From assembly GCA_964587725.1 (NCBI GenBank), contig CAZPLO010000028.1:4803-14872 (forward strand): 10,070 nt of DNA, in the 5' to 3' direction. The notes beneath the pieces were generated by a model that was not told the origin of the DNA, searched no databases, and saw only the letters and a list, made by a program, of their open reading frames with translations. Source of the stretch: an uncultured archaeon (lineage in GTDB: Archaea > Altiarchaeota > Altiarchaeia > IMC4 > SCGC-AAA252-I15). Shown piece by piece: positions 6,523-10,070 of this stretch; the first letter of the stretch is position 1, and every line of letters begins with the position of its first letter. The translations under genes and the position numbers were made by a program.

Positions 6523-9500
6523 TTAAGCGAATGGTTTAATCCTGAATTTCCTAAGGTTGGTGCGTATCTCCAACTCCGCGTTGCTCATCTCGTCCGCTGT
6601 GAAACCCGGCGCATTGAATATTAGGGTGTACGACTGGGGGGGGAGTTGCCTGGGCCTGCACACTCTACGGTAGTTTATCTCGCAGTGCTCGGGAATCCAC
6701 TGGCCGGTGTAGGGGTCCGGGTCCCAGTAACCCTCCACCCACTGGTACGTGAACTGGGATTCCTGGTCCGGGAACCAGTAGACGTACGCCTTACCGTCTG
6801 CGCAGAAACTCTTGTAGGGGCTGGGGAGGCCTTCGCACCGCGCAGGCTCCGACAGTTCCACCCCCTCCACCTTTCTGCACTGCTCCTCGGACACCGGGTA
6901 CCGGCCGCTGTAGTAGGTTTTGAAGCTGCAGTCGCAGACGCCGTTGTTGCAGTACACTTCAGCGGCGGGCGAGCACATGTCCGGGCAGTTGATTGTGTCG
7001 CTGCCGCTGCAGGTCAATGTGACTCCGTCGTAGTATGGGCTGTCGCATCTGGGAGCGTATCTGACGTACGCTTCCTCTATCGGCTTCAGCGACCACGTCT
7101 GGAGTATGTTGGTGAGGAACAGGGGGTTGTAGTTGAGTTTCTGCAGGCCCTCCTCCGTGTCCTGTGGCATCCAGTATATTGAGGCGTAGTCGTAGTATCT
7201 GGGCGCGTCTTCGTGGTAGTTCCTGTAGAGTTTCAGGCCCGCCGACTTATCCTGGTAGTAGTTTATGCAGGCCGGGTCGGCTCTGTCGAACATCTGCAGC
7301 GGGTCTATCCAGCTGTACCTGCTGTAGTCCGCCATGAAGTTGTCGTGGTAGTGGTAGTATTTCTTCGCGGGGTTTCTCAGCCAGCGTAGGTATGCGGGGT
7401 CGTCTGCCTCATACTCTATAAACCCTATCAGGAGGGGATTGTATTTGAAGCATGTGTCGTCGAGTCCCAGGATGTCGGAGTGGCTTTGGTCTATCGTTAT
7501 GTAGTCTCTGGGCAGTGTGGACTCCAGTGCAGTGAGCTCGTGAATTGCTCCGTAGTATCTGTTTTCGAACTCAAGGGTGGTGACCAGCGGCGGCCGGTTC
7601 GAGTTTACGATGTCCCTCTCGTAGTCGTATACGTCGAGGGTGAACCCCGACATGAGGTCTATGGACTCGGTTTCCTCGTCCACGGCTCTGACCGTGAGGT
7701 ACCCGGTTATTGTGGACGGCTCATCCGGTTTCGGGCTTTCGTAAACTATCTTAGGATGTACGTCGACCTTGACTCCGGCGTTGCTGCTGGTGACCGGGTT
7801 CTCCACCCGCAGATACGGTTCGTCGCCTTCGAAGCCGTAAGGATTCGACTTGACCGTTGAGGTGTCGTTTATCTGCTCGAACACCAGCTTCTCCTCCCCG
7901 CTGTCGTCTGGCATGGTGACGGGATATTTGTAGCGCGCCCTCGCCCCCGCCGCGTGCCAGCACCCCCAGCAGTAGTACTGGCAGCTGCAGTCGTCGGAGT
8001 AGCTGCACCCGTCCCCGCAGCTGCACCATCTGCCGCAGCAGCTGGGCGGGGACCCGCTGGTGTATGTTGTGGTGCTGCATCCGCTGCCGGATATGCAGAC
8101 GGTCCTGTCGTAGCTGACGACCGCCTCCTCCAGTCGGCTGCACCCCATCCATATGCACTGTTTCACATACGGCAGCCTCGATATCTCGTTGTGTACGGTG
8201 TAGTTTGTCTCTATCCCCATGTAGCGGGCGTCGTCTCCCACCGTGTAGTCTACGAAGTCGTCCCGCAGTATGGTATGTGGTGCCGCAGGCTCCTCCAAGA
8301 CGTTGTCTCTGCTCCTCCTGCTGTTGACCACTTCCGCCCGGAGCACGTCAAGGTCTTCGTCGTATTCCGTGACGGTGTAGTTGAACCAGCTCTCCGGGGT
8401 CTGGTAGCTGTAGCGTGGGTAGTACCAGTCGCTGGAGTCCGCAGATTCCCCCGCCCTCGCCTTCTCCACAACCCTGTTCACCACCTCCTTCCTCTGGATT
8501 GTTCCGCAGGACTCCGGAAGTACTCCGACGTTCGGGTCCACGACCGCGTCGTCGGTCAGGTGGGCTGCAGGAGAGGGGAAGCTGCCGTAGCCGGTGGTCA
8601 CACGGTTGCATTTGTGGACCGGCCCGGGTACGTCGCTTCTGACGCAGCTGGTCTGCTGCAGGTTCCCTGGGCAGTTGGCGTCGGCTCTGTCTCCGACGCC
8701 CGCCATGTCGCGGCCGCAGTTGCAGTCCCCGTCCACGCACTCCAGCTGGCTTCCCCAGTTATGGTATGGTCTGATAATTCCGTCGAGGTTGCTGCCGTAG
8801 GGTCCGTTGCAGGTTCTAACGTATTCCAGGGGGGAATCCCATTCTTTTTCGTAGTCGTTTCCGAAGTTCCTGGCCTCGAACCATATGGGGTCCGGAGGGC
8901 ACCTGTACGACATCGACGCGTCGCAGTAGTAGCACCTGTAGCTTTGCTCGCTCCTGTCGTATACGCACTGGTCGGGGCTGCTGGGCCATGTGTCCCACCG
9001 GCTGTCGCCGTCGCAGGAGACGTTCCACCCGGCGGCTTCGGTGCCGTTGGGTATGGTCGCTCCGCCTGCCGCGTATATCCGTATGGGCCCGCCTCCCTCC
9101 TGGCTTATAACAGGCCCGCCTGTGCCGTCTCCTCCGCTGCGGGTCCACGAGGCCGCCCACGGGTGGGTGTCTTCCAGTGGGACGCATTCCTGTCCGTTCC
9201 ATGACTCATCCTCACTGCAGCAGGCCGTATCCATCTCATTTGTGCTCTTGGTGCTCTGCATGCATATGAGGTCGCCTTCACAGTCGTCCACAAACGGTAT
9301 TCCGATGAAGTATGTCTCCGGGCGGCAGGGTCCCTCACCATGTCCGCATTTTTTCCCCGTCTCGTCCTTCTTCTGCTCACAGTATCCGACGTCCCCGGGC
9401 CTCGTCAACAGGGACGTGGTGCCGATTTCCACGTCATCGTACATTTCAACCGACGCCACCGCCTGGTCTTCTGGAAGGCAGCACTCGTATGTTATGTCGT

Positions 9501-10070
9501 ATTCATAGTTTTCACCCCCCAGGTTGCTGGGGCAGCAGTGCCCGGGCCGATACTCCTTGGACGCCTCAAGACCGTCCACGAGACTGAATGACAGCCCCAG
9601 TCTGCTGCAGTGCTGCTCTATCTCCCCGTCCACCGTATAGTAGCTGGCGCAGTCGCTGTCTCTCCTGCAACCTTGCTCCCCCAGGCCCATCAGGTACTCC
9701 GGCTCTCCGCCGTCGTCCAAGACCAGTTTTTCCGCCGGGCACGTGAGCGTGTAGGCAACGCAGTATGCTGAACTGTTGTCTCTGCAGCAGCCGTCGTAGT
9801 AGTAGGAGTCCTCTGGGCAGCAGTATTCGGTCGTGCTCCACGGCGCGTCTGTGCAGTATAGTCCGGGTATGCAGTCTTCGTCTCCGTCGCAGTCGCCTTC
9901 GTTCACGTTAAGCAGGCTGCATTTTCTCTTACCTGGCAGGTGCGGGGCGCATTGTAGGTTTGCGTCGGCAAGGGATTCATCTTCGGTAATCAGGTAGTTC
10001 ACCTCCGGCGTCACCTTGAACACGTTCGCCCACAGGCTGTCTACATTGAACTGGCGGTAGTAGCTTAGGT
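6523..10070 (-). CDS. Large Cys/Tyr/Asp-rich, probably extracellular protein (more than 1180 aa; 5' end outside the window)
   Basis: The frame stays open beyond the track's GTG at 10023 (…LSYYRQFNVDSLWANVFKV…) to the window edge. Mostly G/C-ending codons, several Cys clusters, and no TM segment in the visible part. Confidence 0.88.
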   Translation of the reverse strand, partial: LSYYRQFNVDSLWANVFKVTPEVNYLITEDESLADANLQCAPHLPGKRKCSLLNVNEGDCDGDEDCIPGLYCTDAPWSTTEYCCPEDSYYYDGCCRDNSSAYCVAYTLTCPAEKLVLDDGGEPEYLMGLGEQGCRRDSDCASYYTVDGEIEQHCSRLGLSFSLVDGLEASKEYRPGHCCPSNLGGENYEYDITYECCLPEDQAVASVEMYDDVEIGTTSLLTRPGDVGYCEQKKDETGKKCGHGEGPCRPETYFIGIPFVDDCEGDLICMQSTKSTNEMDTACCSEDESWNGQECVPLEDTHPWAASWTRSGGDGTGGPVISQEGGGPIRIYAAGGATIPNGTEAAGWNVSCDGDSRWDTWPSSPDQCVYDRSEQSYRCYYCDASMSYRCPPDPIWFEARNFGNDYEKEWDSPLEYVRTCNGPYGSNLDGIIRPYHNWGSQLECVDGDCNCGRDMAGVGDRADANCPGNLQQTSCVRSDVPGPVHKCNRVTTGYGSFPSPAAHLTDDAVVDPNVGVLPESCGTIQRKEVVNRVVEKARAGESADSSDWYYPRYSYQTPESWFNYTVTEYDEDLDVLRAEVVNSRRSRDNVLEEPAAPHTILRDDFVDYTVGDDARYMGIETNYTVHNEISRLPYVKQCIWMGCSRLEEAVVSYDRTVCISGSGCSTTTYTSGSPPSCCGRWCSCGDGCSYSDDCSCQYYCWGCWHAAGARARYKYPVTMPDDSGEEKLVFEQINDTSTVKSNPYGFEGDEPYLRVENPVTSSNAGVKVDVHPKIVYESPKPDEPSTITGYLTVRAVDEETESIDLMSGFTLDVYDYERDIVNSNRPPLVTTLEFENRYYGAIHELTALESTLPRDYITIDQSHSDILGLDDTCFKYNPLLIGFIEYEADDPAYLRWLRNPAKKYYHYHDNFMADYSRYSWIDPLQMFDRADPACINYYQDKSAGLKLYRNYHEDAPRYYDYASIYWMPQDTEEGLQKLNYNPLFLTNILQTWSLKPIEEAYVRYAPRCDSPYYDGVTLTCSGSDTINCPDMCSPAAEVYCNNGVCDCSFKTYYSGRYPVSEEQCRKVEGVELSEPARCEGLPSPYKSFCADGKAYVYWFPDQESQFTYQWVEGYWDPDPYTGQWIPEHCEINYRRVCRPRQLPPQSYTLIFNAPGFTADEMSNAELEIRTNLRKFRIKPFA
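9184..9921 (-). repeat. Three degenerate Cys-rich protein repeats of the form (G)EGxC...DC...C...CC(P/S)...C
   Basis: NEGDCDGDEDCIPGLYC..YCCPEDSYYYDGCC; GEQGCRRDSDC..HC..HCCP..YECC; GEGPC..DDCEGDLIC..ACCSEDESWNGQEC. Visible at the protein level only. Confidence 0.7.

Noticed and set aside
7954-9204. 416-aa + strand ORF and the other short ORFs overlapping the giant gene
   Set aside because: Antisense or off-frame shadows of a GC3-rich gene, with Val/Ala- or Arg-rich composition and no recognisable motifs.
10021-10023. GTG start for the 1166-aa ORF
   Set aside because: The frame is open to the window edge and no signal peptide follows this codon; the real start is upstream.
6523-10070. Multiheme cytochrome or polyferredoxin interpretation of the Cys-rich protein
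   Set aside because: I saw no CxxCH motifs (CWGCWH is not canonical) and no CxxCxxCxxxCP motifs.
1-10070. CRISPR array, tRNA/rRNA, IS element or DGR template/variable repeat
   Set aside because: By eye there are no regularly spaced repeats, RNA gene signatures, transposase or reverse transcriptase ORFs, or long near-identical duplications, and almost no non-coding space. Subtle cases cannot be excluded without tools.

Overview
Archaeal, GC-rich chromosomal DNA. Archaea-specific Trm56, an archaeal-type S27ae without a ubiquitin fusion, and TATA-like boxes about 27-28 nt before start codons support this. A DPANN/Altiarchaeota-like origin is my inference only. The left part (+ strand, 1-2896) is housekeeping: the E/K/P-rich tail of a probable S24e, then rps27ae, a DUF429 RNase H-fold protein, a COG2509-type FAD oxidoreductase and trm56. 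The right part (- strand, 2893 to beyond 10070) is a convergent block of three envelope genes: a very Cys-rich, probably secreted protein of more than 1180 aa that runs off the window edge, a 181-aa signal-peptide plus C-terminal TM protein, and a ~1006-aa VirB6/TrbL/CedA-like membrane protein. The last has a huge G/A/K-rich tail containing a glycine-zipper patch and a candidate helix-hairpin-helix DNA-binding module. This block is the best candidate for an undescribed system: a chromosomal archaeal T4SS-like cell-contact/DNA-transfer apparatus. No RNA genes, CRISPR arrays or mobile-element genes were seen. All family calls are from motif recognition by eye, with no database searches.
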